Below, piece by piece: positions 40,531 through 54,530 of a DNA stretch of 64,000 nucleotides. This DNA is from Lama guanicoe (taxonomy: Eukaryota), in assembly GCA_013239625.1 (NCBI GenBank), contig MU053810.1, positions 2,615,518 through 2,679,517 on the forward strand, written 5' to 3'. Position 1 is the stretch's first letter. Every line of letters starts with the position of its first letter. Position numbers and translations under genes: made by a program. Below the pieces are notes generated by a model, which worked only from the letters and a program-made list of their open reading frames with translations, did not search any database and was not told the DNA's origin.

Positions 40531-43500
40531 TGAATAAGATACTGTTTTTTCCTGGCTGCTTTCAAGATATTTTCCTTATCTTTAGATTTCAGAAACTTAC
40601 TTAAGATGTGTTTAGATATGGATATCTTTAGGATTATCATGTTTGAAATTTGCTCAGCTTCTTGAATCTGTAGTTTTATGTCTTGCCAAATTTAGAAAAT
40701 TTTCAGCCATTGTTTATTTGAGTACTTCTCCAGTCCTCCCTCATTTCTACTCTCCTTGAGACTGATGACATCAGTGTCAGATGTTTTTGTTACAGTCCCA
40801 AGGACCGTTGAAGCTCTGTTCATTTTTTTTTTCCAGTTTGTTTTCTCTTTGTTGTTTATATTGGGCTATTTTCATTGTAATATCTTCTAGTTCACTGATT
40901 CTTTTCTTTTTCCTTCACTCTGCTCTTGAGGTCATCCAGTGAGCTCTTTATTTTGCTTATTGTACTTTCCAGTTCTAAAATTTCCATTTGATTCTTCCTT
41001 ATATCTTCAGTTTTTTTGCTGAGGTTATGTATTTTTCACTTCTCTGTTCATAATTGCTTGTTGAATAATTTTTATCAGGGCTGCTTTGAAGTCTTCATAC
41101 AAGTAACATCTCTGTCAGATGTTTAAGTTATAAACATCTCAGTGTTGATTTTTGATTGAAACTTGAACATTTTGTATTATGTTATGAGACTTTGCATCTT
41201 TTATAACCCTGTTTTAGCTGGCTTGCTTTTGATACTCGTGGGACTGGGGATGAGTGTGGGCACCATCTCCTTGTACTAGGTAGGGGATGTATTTCAAGTT
41301 TCCTATATGGCCTCTGTGATCATTTGAAGAAAGCTGCTTATTAATGCTGAGCAGAGTTGGGAGTTACGACTCCATACTTGATCTCCACAGTGGATGTGGC
41401 TTCATTTAACACTGTGAGTTTGTAGGAGTCCTGACTCTCTGCTAGACCTTTACTGACACCATCCTAGTGAGGACTGAGTCATTTCCCTCATTCTTGCCAG
41501 CTAGAGGTGAAAGTCCAGGCTTTCCATGTTGTCTCCATTGACATCATAGAGGAAGGTGCTTATTACCTTCCTGTGAGGATGAAATTTCTGATTCCCTATT
41601 TGACCTGCTCTTATATTATTACCCCATTGGGAGTCTTGGCATGATTCATAGTCTGATGTGGGTGGATGTATAGGTTTGTTCCCCACTTGACTTTTGCAGG
41701 AGTGGGTAGGGCCAGTTTTTTCTGTGATGTTTTGCTGGAGTAGAGCAGCTACTGTCTTAAAGTTTTCTTTCAAGCTCATCTGTCCCCTTCCCTGTCCGTT
41801 GTCTAGATAGAGAAGCCTTTTGTCAGGACTCTTTTTGAGGGCCTATGCTTGGTGGTGCTTTTAGGTTGCTGACTTCTTTCATTGCAAGAGTGGGAAATAG
41901 CAGACAAAACAAAACAAAACCAAACCCAGAAGACTCCCTGCCATGTTGCTCCTTGGGTCCTGTTGTCCCTAGTTAATTAAACTTCTCACCACCTTTCAGA
42001 ATATGTTTATTTTGTTTATAAGGCCCATAATTTTTGTTTGTACTTAGTAGGAAGGATAGGAAAAAGTACTTTTTACTCCATTCTCCCAGAAGTGGAAGAA
42101 ACCTAGCCTTTGATTTCATTGTTTACTCTTTTTTATTTCATTGATTTCTGCTCTAATCTTTATTCTTTACTCTTCTAGGTTCTTAAAGGTGCAAGGTGAA
42201 GTCATTGGTTTGAGTTGTTTCTTTTCCAGTAAATAGGCATTTAGTGCTATAAATTTCCCACTTAATTACTGCTTTTAACTGCCTTCCACAAATTCTGGTA
42301 ATTTTTTTTCGTTTTCATTCACTTAAAAATACTTTGTATTTTCTTTTGATTTCTTCTTTGACCCATTGGTTATTTAGAAGTATATTTAGGTTCCAAAAAT
42401 CAAGATTTTTCTGTTGATTTTTTTTTCCTGTCATTGATTTCTAAATTAATTGCATTTTGGTCAGGAGAAATTCTTTTTATGACTTAAAGGCTTTTAAATA
42501 TAAGAGTTACTTCATGGTTTGAATATGATTGGTCTTGGTGAATGTTCCATATGTCCTTGAACGGAATATTTTGCTAGTTAATATTAGAGTGTTCTATGAA
42601 TGTCACTTGACATCAATTTGGTTGATGGTATTATTTTAGTTATTAGTATTGTTCAAGGTTTCTCTATCCTACTGATTTTCTGTTTATTGGTTCTATCAAT
42701 TATTCTGACAGGTTTAATGAAATCTCTAAATATAATTGTGGGACTTCTTGTAGTTTTATTATTTTTACTTTATGTATTTTGAAGCTGTTTTTAGGTGAAT
42801 AAATATTTAGGGTTTTTGTATCTTCTTATTCAGTTAAACCCTTTATCTTTGTGAAATGATCCCCTTTTTTTCCTGATAATAATGTTAATTTTAAAATCTA
42901 CTTTATATGATATTAATATAACCATTTCAACTTTTCTTTTGATTTTGCAGTATGTAATATGACCTTTTTTTCTGGCGGTTTTAAAGATCTTTATTTTTGG
43001 TTTTAGGCAATTTGATTATAATGTGTTTTGGTTTACATTTCTTCACGTTTCTATTAGTGTTTATTTAAAGAGTGCTGTGTTCTAGGTGCTAACAATTTGC
43101 CACATTTGATGAAAATTATAGGCATTATTTCTTCAAATATATTTTTCTGTGTTATCTCCTTTGTGGCTCCAATTACAAGTGTATTTGGCTTCTTGAAGTT
43201 ATCTCAAAGCTAACTTGTGCTCTGTTAATTTTTTTAAAGTATTTTTTTCTCTGTATTTCATTTTGGTTAGTAACTATTACTTAGTTCTCATTGTGCTGTA
43301 AATCTCATACAGTATGTTTTTCATCTTAGACCTTGTAATTTTTCTCTCTAGAAGTTCACATCGTTTTATTCTTTGATGTTTCTACTTAACATGTTTAATG
43401 TTTCCCCTAGTGTCTTGAACATACGGGATGCATTCATAATAATTGTTTTAAAGGACTTGTGTACTAATTCTTTTTGTGTCATTTCAAGATTGACAGTTCA

Positions 43501-46500
43501 AGGTTTGATTGGTTTTTGTTTTATTATAGGATATGATTTCCTGCTTCTTTGTATGTCTTGTAAGTGTTTATTGACTTTTAGTCATTGTAAATTTTATTGT
43601 GTTAAATTCTCAATTTTATAAAGTATGCCTAAAAATACTTTTGGGCTTTGTTCTGTGACATAGTTAAGTTACTTGGAAACAGTTTGTTGCTCTTCGGCCT
43701 TTTTTGTTTGGATGGACCAGAACTAGGCTTAGTCTAAGTTTTTCCTCCTTCTGAGGCATTATCTTTCTTAGTACTCTGATGCAACATGAATTATTAGATT
43801 TTCTAGTCTGGCTTTTGAGAAGAGCCATTATTTGCATCCTTGTGTGAGTTCTGGGTGCTGTTACTTCTAAATCTTTCGGTAGTTCTTTCCCTGGCCTTCA
43901 ATTCTTCTCTCATATGCAAGTGCTGATTAGTTACTCAACATATTCTAGGGTGAGCCTCTGTAGATCTCTTCATTTTTCTCTCTCTCCCCAGCTTTCTACT
44001 CAGTGCTGGTGTCCCTTGTGAGCTCTAGCCACCTTGGCTTCCTTGGACTCCCAGCTCCATTTCCTCAACTTGGGGAGCCCACAGGCTCTGCCTGGGTTCC
44101 TTCTCCCTGGTCCACGGCCTGGAAACTCTCAAGGCAGTAAGCTGGGCAAATGTGTGGCTTGTGTTGTTTGTTTCTTGTCTTCCAGGGATCACTGTCTTCT
44201 GTTGCTTGTTGTCCAAAATCTTAAGTACTGTTGTTTCATACGTTTTGTTAGGTTTTTATTGTTCATGCAGAAGGCTAAATCTGGTCTCTCTTATTCCATC
44301 TTGACTGGAAATGGTACTATTGTGGTTTTATTTTGCATTTTCATAATGACCAGTGATACTTGGCACATTTTAATTTGCTTATTGACCATTCATATGTTTT
44401 CTCTTGTGAAGAGTTTGTTCAAAGCTTTAGCCTTTTTCCTTCTTTCTCTCCTTATGTTTTTCTTTATTCTTTGTCTACTTTTTGGGTGTATGTATGTTGC
44501 AGAAGGTCCTTACATGTCTTGGATACCAGTCCTTTGTTAGATAAGTGTTTTGTAAGTACTTTCTCCAAATCTGTAGTTTTCCTATTTATTTTCTTGACTG
44601 TGTCTTTTGATGAGCAGAAATATCTAAGTCTGATGAAGTCTAATTTATCAGTTTTTTCTTTTATAGTTATTGCTTACTGTGAGCTAAGACACTTTTGCCT
44701 AACCCTGAAGTCATGAAGGTAATTTCATTTGTTTCCTCTAAAACTTTTTTGTTTTTGCTGGTTTATATTTAGGTCTGTGATGCATCTCATTGCTTTGTTT
44801 TTTGCATATGGATATCCAATTGTTTCTGCACCATTTATTGAAAAGAGTCTCCTTTCCTCACTGGATTATGTGAAACATCACATGGCTGCAGAAGCGGGCT
44901 CTGTTTCAGAGATCTGTATTCTGTCACATTGATCTGTTTGTCAATCTTTATATCATTACCACAGTATTTTGATTACTTGTAAGTTTATAGAAAAGTCTTG
45001 AAATCGGATTTGCAAATCCTTCCATCTTTTTCATCTTTTTCAAGATTGTTTTGCATATTCTAAGTCCTTAGCACTTCTGTATAAATTTTAATATCTGCTT
45101 TTACATTTCTCTAAAAGGCTGATGGGATTATGATTGCAGTTGCTTTGAATCTGTAGATCAATTTGAGAACTGACATGTTAACAATGTTAGATATTACTAT
45201 TCATTAGCATGGCATATCTCTCTATTTATTTAGATCATCTTTATGTTTTTCTGAATAGTATTTTGTTGTATTTAGCCTTTTGTCTTGCATGTCTTTTGAT
45301 TTTAAAATTAAAAAATATTTCATGTTATTTGCTATTTTAGGTGGTATTTTAAAGAATTCAATTTCTAATTATTCTTAGTATTTGGAAATAGAATTGACTT
45401 ATGTTTATTGATTTGTGTCTTAGAACCTTACTTAACTCACATTAATCTTGCAGGTTTTTTGGTAGATAAGTTATCACATCACAAAACTTTTACCTCTTTC
45501 TATTTTGTATTTCTATTTTCTTCCTTTATTGCATGTACTTAAAATCTTGTTTCCATCCTTTGGGGAAAGCATTCAAGTTTTATACCATTAATTATGATGT
45601 CAGCTCTAGGTTTTTTATTGATGACCATTATCAGGTTGTTGTAAAATACAGGTTTTATTATTACTAAGTATGGCAGGCAAGGCCAACAGATCAGAAGAGA
45701 ACTGCCATTGAAAAGATAATTATGTATACTCATGATTCGCAGAGGAGGGGGAAGTATTCTGTGACATAAGAAGCCACATAGGTGAGCACCCTGGTCAGAG
45801 GGAGTGAAAGGGAAAATAGTAAAGGCAAGAGCCTTTAGTTTCTGTGGGGAGGAATCGTCAAGGAATGTTAATCAGGTTTAGGATTATCTGCCCTGAATAA
45901 TATCAAGGGCCCCGGGGCATGAGGGCTGCCCCTAGTTGTTTGGTACCTGGCCCTGGGGTTAATTAGGGCAGGGGAATATAGTAGCAGTGTAAAATAGATA
46001 GAGAGGGTTTGGGGGTGGGAGCTGTGGATTGGTTGGTTTGCATACGAAAGCTAGCTGAGGAGTTGTTTGCCATCTCCAGGAATTAGCTAGCCCTGTCCAG
46101 GGTCAGCAAGGCCCCAAAGTATCGCAAATATAGAACAAAAAAAGGTATGATTAACAGGTTGAGTAAGGTCCCTTTTGTTACTAGTTTTGCAACAGTTTAT
46201 GGATGAGTCGGTGTTGAGTTTTGTCAGATGCTTTTTCTGCATTTATTGACATGATTATATGATATGTTTTTATAAAATTAATATGGTAAATTTCATTCTT
46301 TTATTTTCATGTTTTATCAACCTTGTATTCCTGAAATAAACTCCATTTGGTCATGGTGTGTTCTTCTTTTTATATTGCTGGATTTAAATTGCTAGTATTT
46401 TATAAATATATTTGCATCTAAATGCTTGGAAGATGTTAATCTATATTTTTTGTAGTTTCTTTTCAGGTTTTGATAGTATTGGTGTATTCATTAGTGTTAT

Positions 46501-47700
46501 TGATGCTGAACTTAGAAAATGATTTCAGAAGTAGTCTCTATTTTCTGAAAGTGTTTCTGAGATTGATGCTATTTCTTCCTTGGTGTTTGATGGGATTTAC
46601 CAGTGGAAAAAAATCTGAGCTTTTTTGAGTTTTATTTTGGAGAACGATTTTGATAATGAATTCAACTTAAAAGGCTCTTCACATTTTGTTTCATCTTGTC
46701 AATTTTTTTAACTTGTAATTTTCAAGGTATTTTTCCATTTCATCTTAGTTGTTGAATTGTTTAGCGCAGAGTTAATAATTTTTGTTTTTTTTTTCGAATT
46801 TGAGAGTTCTGTAGTTGTAGTTCCTGCTTTTTTCTTGATACTGGTGATTTTGTGTGTTTGTGTGTGTTTTAAATCAGTTTAGCTAGAGGTTTATCATCTT
46901 TGTTGATACTTCCAAAGGACCAGCTTTGATTTAAAATTTTCTCTACTGTTTCTTTTCTATTTCACTTTTTTCTGCTATTATCTTTACTTTTTCCTTTCTT
47001 TTACTCACTTTGGGTTTACTTTGCACTTTTGTAGATTCTTTAGGTGGAATCTTAGGTCATAAATTTTATAGCTTTTTTCTCCCTAATGTGGTCAGGAAAC
47101 ATACTCTGTATGATTTTGTTCCTTTTAAAGTCATTGTGTCTTGTTTTGTGGCCCAGTACATGGTCTTTAGTGATGAATGTCCCACATCACCTGAAAGGAA
47201 TATGTATGGTGGTTTATATATAGTATTGCTCAGATTATCCATGTTTTATTTATTTTTTGGGGGGGTCTAATTTTGTCAGTTACTGAGAAAGATATGTTAA
47301 AATATCTTACTATGCTTGTGAAATTGTGTACTTACTCCTTGCAATGATTTTTGCTGTATGTATTTTGAAACATTGTTATTAGGTACACATTTATAATTAT
47401 TCTGCCTTTATTACTTGATGCTTATCATTATGAAATATCTCCTTTATCTTAACCAATTTTCTTGGTCTTAAAATCTCTTGTCTGTGATATTAAATATACC
47501 TACTCACCATCTTATACTTTGAATTTGTGTGGTATATCTTTTTTATCCATTTGCTTTTAACCTGTTTGTGCCTGTAAAGTTTCTTACAGACATTAGATAA
47601 TTGGGTTTTAATTTTTTATCTGTGCCAACACACTCTGTCTTTTAACTAGTCTCAAGTTTTAGTCTCTTTACATTTAATGTAATTATATGAGGGTTTACAT
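40531..47700. mobile_element. Mosaic of old L1 fragments, mostly antisense
   Basis: Continuous T-rich degenerate L1 ORF2/ORF1/UTR-type sequence; ORF 45539..45733(-) KPRADIIINGIKLECFP resembles the L1 RT region. Confidence 0.7.
45637..46156 (-). mobile_element. Solo LTR, MER74-like (ERVL)
   Basis: Reverse complement contains GGGGCCTTGCTGACCCTGG, GGGCTAGCTAATTCCTGGAGATGGCAAACAACTC, ATGCAAACCAACCAATCC and CCAGGGCCAGGTACCA; TG...CA ends; caggt at both junctions, inside L1. Confidence 0.75.
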
Positions 47701-47739
47701 GTACAATTTTCATAAAGTTTTGTTTCATCTTTTAAAAAA

Positions 47740-49045
47740 AAGCTTTAATGATATATAATTCACATCATATAGTTCAGGCACTTAAAGTGTACAATTCAGA
47801 AGTTTTCAATATATTCACAGAATTGTGCAGCCATCACATTATCAATTTTAGAACATTTTCATCACCTGAAAAAGAAGCTTCTGTGTCTGTTAGCAGCCAC
47901 TCTCCATTACCCAACCTCTCCAGTCCCCGTCAGCCAGTAACCTACTCTCTCTCTATTCTGGATATTTCATGTAAATGGAATAATAACAATATGTGGTATT
48001 CTGTGAGTAATTTTTTTTCTTTTGGCAGGGGGAGGTAATTTAATTAATTAGTTAATTTTAGTGGAAATACTGGGGATTGAATCTAGGACCTCATGCATGC
48101 TAAGCATGCACTCTACCACTTGAGCTATACCCTCCCCTCATGAGTGATTTTTTTCTCTTAGCATATGTTTTTAAGGTTCACTCATGTTGTAGCATGTATT
48201 AGAACTTTATTCCTTTTTATTGTCCAGTAACATTCCATTGTATGGTTATACCGCATTATATCTGTTCATTCATTAGTTGATGGGCATTCAGCTTGTATGT
48301 ACATTTTGACTGTGATGAGTAATGCTGTTTTGAATATTTGCATACACATTTTTGTTCAGGTGTATGGTTTCATTTCTTTTGGGTGTGGAATTTTGGAGCT
48401 GCATGGTAACTCTGTATTTTACTTTTTGAGGAACTGCCAAAGCTGCTACACCATTTTATGCTCCCATCAGCAACATACGAGGGTTCTGATTTGTCCACAT
48501 CCTTGGCCAACAGGATTTGTTTATCTGTTACTGTTTAGCCATCCTGGTGGTATCTCACTGTGGTGTTGATTTGTGTTTCCTTAATGAATGTTAGACATCT
48601 TGTCATGGGTTTGTTTTGGTCATTTATGTGTTTTCTTTGGAGAAATGTCTTTTCAGATCCTTGGCCCAATTTTTAATTGGAATATATATCATTTTATTAT
48701 TGAGTTGTAGAGCTCTTTATATATTCTGGAATAAGTCCCTAATCAGATATGGAACTTGTAAATGCTGCTTCTGTTTTGTGGGTGGTCTTTTACTTGATGG
48801 TACTATTTGCAAGACAAAAGTTTTTAGGTTTGGAAAATTCCAGTTTGTCTATTATTTCTCTTGTTGCCTCTGCTTTGGTGTTATATCTAAGAAACCATTT
48901 TTCAACCCTAAGTAATGAAGATTTACTCCGGTTTCATTCTAAGAATTTTATAGTGTTGGCTCTTGCATTTAAGTATATGATCCATTTTGAGTTACTTTTT
49001 ATGTAACATATGAATAAGGGGTACAACTTAATTTTTTGTACGTAG
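47740..49045 (-). mobile_element. L1M 3' end fragment
   Basis: agctttaatgatatataattcacatcata...cttaaagtgtacaattca...ttctttggagaaatgtct. Confidence 0.8.
48020..48138 (-). mobile_element. Vic-1-like SINE with TSD
   Basis: gggggaggtaatt...tactggggattgaatctaggacctcatgcatgctaagcatgcactctaccacttgagctataccctcccc; flanks tgagt(a/g)atttttt. Confidence 0.9.
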
Positions 49046-49140
49046 AGAAGAATTTTTAATAAATCAGTTTTGTAAAGCTATTTCTGTTTGCATCAATTTT
49101 TAGTGTTCCTGTACCAATTTCAATATATTTCCTTATCTTT

Positions 49141-49440
49141 AAAAATTTTTAGGGGGGAATTATGTTTGTTTGTTTATTATATTTTGGGGGGAAGGAGGTA
49201 TTTAGGTTTGTTTATTTATTTATTTGCTTTTTTTCAGAAGAGGTACTGGGGATTGAACCCAGGACCTCGTGCATGCTAAGCATGTGCTCTACCACCTTGA
49301 GCTGTACCCTTCCTGCTGTTTATTTACTTATTTTTTAATTTATTTATCATTATTTTTTAAGTGAAGGTACTGGGTATTGGACTCAGGACCTCGTGCATGC
49401 TAAACACAATGCTCTACCTCTGAACTATACCCTTCCTCCC
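49141..49440 (-). mobile_element. Two Vic-1-like SINEs, one nested in the other
   Basis: Two tRNA-like heads (49240-49312 and 49365-49440); outer TSD atttcctta(t/g)cttt; inner TSD tgtttatt. Confidence 0.85.
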
Positions 49441-50105
49441 ATTTCCTTAGCTTTTTACAGTCTTCTTTATTTAATGTACCCCTTATAGTTAGTATTGTAT
49501 CACTTCTTGTAAAGTGTAGAAATCTTGTAACTGGAGAGATTGTTTTATATCATCTCTGCCCATTGTCACTTATGCTGTTGTCATATGTATTAGATCTACA
49601 TATATTATAAGCCTGAAGACAATATTATAATTTTTACTTTTAATAATCATATGTATTTTTAAGAATTTAAGAACTAAAGTATTTTATATTTACCCAGATA
49701 TTTACCATTCGTGGTATTCTCCCTAGCTTCTGGAAGATACTCATTTTCATCTAGTACTATTTTTCATCAGTGTGAAGAATTCCTTTTAGCTTTTATTATA
49801 GTCCTTATCTTCTGGTGATGAAATCCATTTGCTCTGTTTTGCCTGAAAAATAAGTATTTCACCTTTATTTTGAAGGATATATTAGTTGGATATAGAATTC
49901 TGGATTGACAGTTCTTTTTCTTCAAGCATTTTAAAGGTGATGTTTCACCCACTTTTGGCTTCCATAGTTTTTGAGGAGAAATCTGCCATTTTTTCCAGTT
50001 ACTTTTCTCCTGTATTTGATGTCATTTTTTCTTGGCTGCTTTAAGACCTTTCCCTTTATTTGCTTTTTGGCATGCAGTTTAAGTTCTTGGGGTTCACTGA
50101 ACTCC

Positions 50106-50250
50106 CTTTTTTCATAGGGGTAGAGAGAGGTAATTGTGTTTATTTATTTAGTTAGTTTTTTAGAGGAGGTCCTTGGGGATTGAACCCAGGCACTCATGCA
50201 TGCTAAGCATGCGCTCTACCATTTGAGGTATTAACCAGCCCCCTACCCCA
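50106..50250 (-). mobile_element. Vic-1-like SINE
   Basis: gaggtaatt...ggggattgaacccaggcactcatgcatgctaagcatgcgctctacca. Confidence 0.85.
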
Positions 50251-51914
50251 GCCCTTAACTTTTTGATTCCATAATTTGTCTTCAAATAGAGGAAATTTTT
50301 ATTCATTATTTCTTCAAAAGTTTCTTCCCTGTCATGTTCTCATATTCCCTTCCTCCCTTCTCCTCCTCCTCCTTTTTCAAGCCTTCAATAATATATGCTA
50401 GACTTCTTGATATTGTTTATTTTTTTCACTGTTTTCTCTTTTTCATATTAGATCCTATCTATTGATGTAGCTTCAAGCTCATTGACTCTTTCCTTTCTCA
50501 TCTTGATCCTGTTAAAACTGTTCAGTGAATTTTTCACTTCATGTATTGTATTTTTAAGTTTTAGAATTTTTATTTATACTGTTCTTATTAGGCACTAGAT
50601 GTGGTTGGACTCAGGCTGCCTAGTAAATGTTTTGAGCAATTGCTTAAATCTCGTTTCATTTCTTTTTTTCCTTAATTGGGCTCCAGCCTACGCTGGGCAA
50701 TAGAATGGTCAACCCAAGATCAGTGAGAAATTTAGGCAGATTTTAAACATAAAAATTTGGGGGCTCCCCTCCTGTTTCTCTCCTTTTTCTGGATTCAGAC
50801 CTTACTTTCCTGATTGTTCTAAACTTTATCTTATGATTCTTCAGGTATTAGTACTACAGAAGCCACTATGGGCTGACTGTGGGTTGTCTTTAGGCTGAAA
50901 GTCCTGAAAAGGGGAAAGAAACTCTTCTTGTGTTGGTCCCTTCCAAGTTTTGACTTCTGGTAGGAAACCAGAATCTGGCTGCTTATTTGCATAAGGGTTT
51001 GTCTCTTACAAGCTTATTTAGCCATTTTAGAAGTAGAAATTAATTTTATTGTGGATTTTAAAATATTTGGTATATTTCAGTTCATTGCACTTACTGTCTT
51101 TATTAGTATTACGTGATTCCATCTTTGGCCAGCAGGAGCCTCTTTAGGTTGGTCCGTAAGTCGTTTTAACATGACTGAAGCAGTCTTTTAAAGCTTCCTT
51201 GCTATTTGATAGAACAAGGTATCCTGGGCTTACTTGACCTAAACCTGAAATCATCCACTTCTCCTAGGATTCCTGATTACTTTGGGAAATGCTGTTTGGA
51301 GACCCCAGCCTGGTCACTAGGGGTACTTATTTTTACTGTGGTAGCCTTTTTAAAACACAAGAAAAAAATAGGTTTATTTAGATTTATTTTTATCTTTTGC
51401 TTAAAAGAAGATGAAATGATAATAGTAATTATTTTATCCTATAGATACTTTTTCATGCCATAGTTACATCTTTTATATAATATGAGGAAGATCAACTTAA
51501 ACCTTGAGTTTATCCTTCTTATTAGTGTATACTTTTTTTCAATTATTATCTTGTTGTTTTTTGTAATTTAATGGTGTTCATAGTCTGGGTAATCCAATAT
51601 AGCTGAATGGATTGTCACATAGCCACACTTGCCTAAAGGTCAGGATTTTGGATGAATTTGATTTAGTGAAGTATAGTGAGTTTTATACTTTGGCAACAGA
51701 ATCTAATATAAAGTAGAAAAAGTATTTGGAAATTGATGCCTACATTATAAAGATGGAAAATAGTTGCATGCTTTCTTACTATATTACATGAGGTAGGAAA
51801 AAAAGAACTACCTTGAGTAACTTCTGCTTGTTGGGGCTATTTCGTTTAAAGGGTTTTTTGTCCCTTGGTAAAATGTGAGATCATGAAATTTAAAAAATAA
51901 AACAGATAAATGTA

Positions 51915-52051
51915 TGTAACAAAAAAGGAACAGACTCACAGTATATAGAACAAACAAATGTTTACCAGTAAAGAGGGAAGGGGAGAGGATTAAGATAGGG
52001 GTATGGGGCTAAGAGTTAACAAACTATTATATATAAACTAGAAAAAAAAAG
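51915..52051 (+). mobile_element. Short L1 3' fragment, sense
   Basis: aacagactcacag..atagaacaaac.aatg.ttaccag...ggg...aaactattatatataaa. Confidence 0.6.
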
Positions 52052-53269
52052 TGTGATTTTTAATGTTTTTTTTTTTTGCCTTCTTATAATCTTACCCTTT
52101 CATGGGATTTATTTGTCTTTTCCCAGTGCCTGTCACTTACTAAAATTAGAATACATCTGTGGAATTCTAATAGTAACATGTATAGCTGCAGCCTGCCCTA
52201 TGAAACTTTTCAGGTTGGATTGGTTTACTGTAGGATTTGGAGTCTCTGTTGTACAGAATTTGATCCTTTTTTCCTGAGTTTAGGGTATAGTCTTTTAACT
52301 TCTTTTCTTTTCCTCTAATCTTCTTTTCTCTCATGTCTCCTACATATATCTCTTTTTGTCTTCAGTGGGAAGACATAGTACTAGTATTTTACTTAGCATG
52401 TAGTTTTCTTTTAGAGTTTTCTTCTCTGCATTTTAGAAAACTCATTTAAAATCTTTGTTAGTATAACATTAGTTCCTTCATTTTTATACAGTTAGACTTC
52501 TGATAACATTTTTATAGTTGTAAACAGCCATATAAAATACTTTTATGCACATATTTCTTACCTTGGAATTAAAGTATATAAGTGACTTTAAAATGACACA
52601 TAGTACTCAATAAATGCCATTTCTGTTATATTTCCATTGGCTCTCTAGAATTAAATATTTTTCTTGAATCATATTGCTAAATTGTTTGCCAAAAGAATTA
52701 CAGTGCCATCAACAGTACATGAAAGTAAATATTCACTGCACTCTGAACATTAGGGATTATCTTTTAAGAAAAGTTTTACTAACTGAGTGGGCAGAAATGC
52801 CTGTTATTTCTTTGTGACTTATATTCATATTTCTCTGAATATAAGTGAGGTTAAATGTTCTCATTATTTGCTGCATCTACTTTTCTTTAGTTTAAAAAAT
52901 CTGTTTTGAAGTCTATTCTAATGTTTTTATAGAAGTTTTTAATTCCTTAGATTTGATTACTGATTATTTTTGTTATAGTTCTTATGTTGAAATTGTTTTT
53001 CAAAATTTTGGTTATACATTAGTGATCTGAATTTTCTCTTCCCCAGTTGCTAAACAGTTATTCATATACCTAATCATCCCAAAGAGTATTTATCTCTGGT
53101 TATAGTCTTCATATTAGATTTAGTTACATTTCTATAAAGCAAGTTATTTCTTTCCCACAGGGTAAATCACACAACTAATAGTGTTTTCATCTGTGAGGGC
53201 GATTGCTCTATGGCTTAGAACCAAATTACTGCCAGTCTTTAGTTAAGTGTGCTTGTAGTTTTGCCCCTT

Positions 53270-54530
53270 CCATCCATCTGTCACGTATTTTTTGGGTTGC
53301 CATGTCTGGAGACTATGAAACATGCTAGGGCTACAGCCAGGAAATGGAGCTTATAATCTAGCAGAGGAGCTAAACATAATTGCATAAATAATTAATTATA
53401 ATTGCAATATATAACAAGGAATGTGTAGTTAATTCATAATATGGCTCCTAATGTAATGCAGGGATTCAGAGAAACCTCTGAGGAGGTGACCTGAAGCAAG
53501 GATCTGAGGAATAAATAGAAATTATCCATCTGTGAAAGAGGGTGGGTGAAGAACAGTATTCCAGGTAGAGTGAAAACAACTAATTTAAAGTCTGTGAATG
53601 GGCTTTGGAGTACTTACAGATTTTAAAGAAGAAAAGACAGTATTGTCCAGACTGTAAGATGTTAAAAAGAGAGAAGGTTGTGGAGGTAAGTAGGGTTAGA
53701 TCATATAGGGAAATCATTGAAGGTTTTTAAGTGGGGCAGTACTCTGTTTGGACTAGCTGCGGTTTTTTTTGGTCTGAACATGTCTTTATTTATACATGTA
53801 TTGAAGTATAGACAGTTTACAGTGTGCCAGTTTCTGGTGTACAACATAATGCTTCAGTCATACGTGAACATACATGTATTTTCATATTCTTTTCACCATA
53901 AGTTATTTGGATTTGCATTTTTGAAGCTCACTCTGTAGATTGGTGGGGATCAAATAAGAGTGCATATAAGGAGACCAGTTACTAGGAAGTCACTGAAGTA
54001 AGTGGTCCTGATGAAAGCTGGTGTTGACTTGTGTCAGCTAATAGTAGTATAGATGGAGAGAGGAGGGTAAATCTTACCATTATTTGAGAGGAGGAATGGT
54101 CAAAATGTGACTGATTAAATATGACATTGGGGAGTAGTTCTTGAAACTGTCAAAAGATTGTCGTGGTGTCTTGTATGGGCAGTGTGTGGTTGAGTATCAC
54201 AAAGCGAGGGAAAACTGCTGGAAGAGCAAATATTGTCATACATTTTGGACAGAGCTTAAAGTTGCCTGTGTATTGTAGGAAGCTTTATATATGGATCTAA
54301 GGACAGATCTGAATAGGAGGTAAAACTGGGGAGTCACTGGCATATCCTAGTAATTTAGTTGGTAGGACATGTATGGAAAATGAGATTGCCTAGTGCTTAA
54401 CATGAAAGGGGAAAGCATCTTAAGCCAGAGCTGTGAGGAACCACCACATTTAAAGGCTGGATGAGGTGATCAGAAAGGTGTTGCTGTAGAGGTAAGCAGA
54501 AAGTTAGGAGAGTGAAATACTGGAAGACAA
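53270..54530. mobile_element. Degenerate L2-like fragment with a short L1 3' end inserted at ~53785-53905
   Basis: atggagcttataatctag, gaggaggtgac.tgaagc, ggaaatcattgaaggtttttaag and ggggagtcactggcatat motifs recalled from L2. Confidence 0.55.

Noticed and set aside
43373..49279. Hydrophobic Phe/Leu-rich ORFs resembling membrane proteins
   Set aside because: Translations of T-rich antisense L1 sequence.
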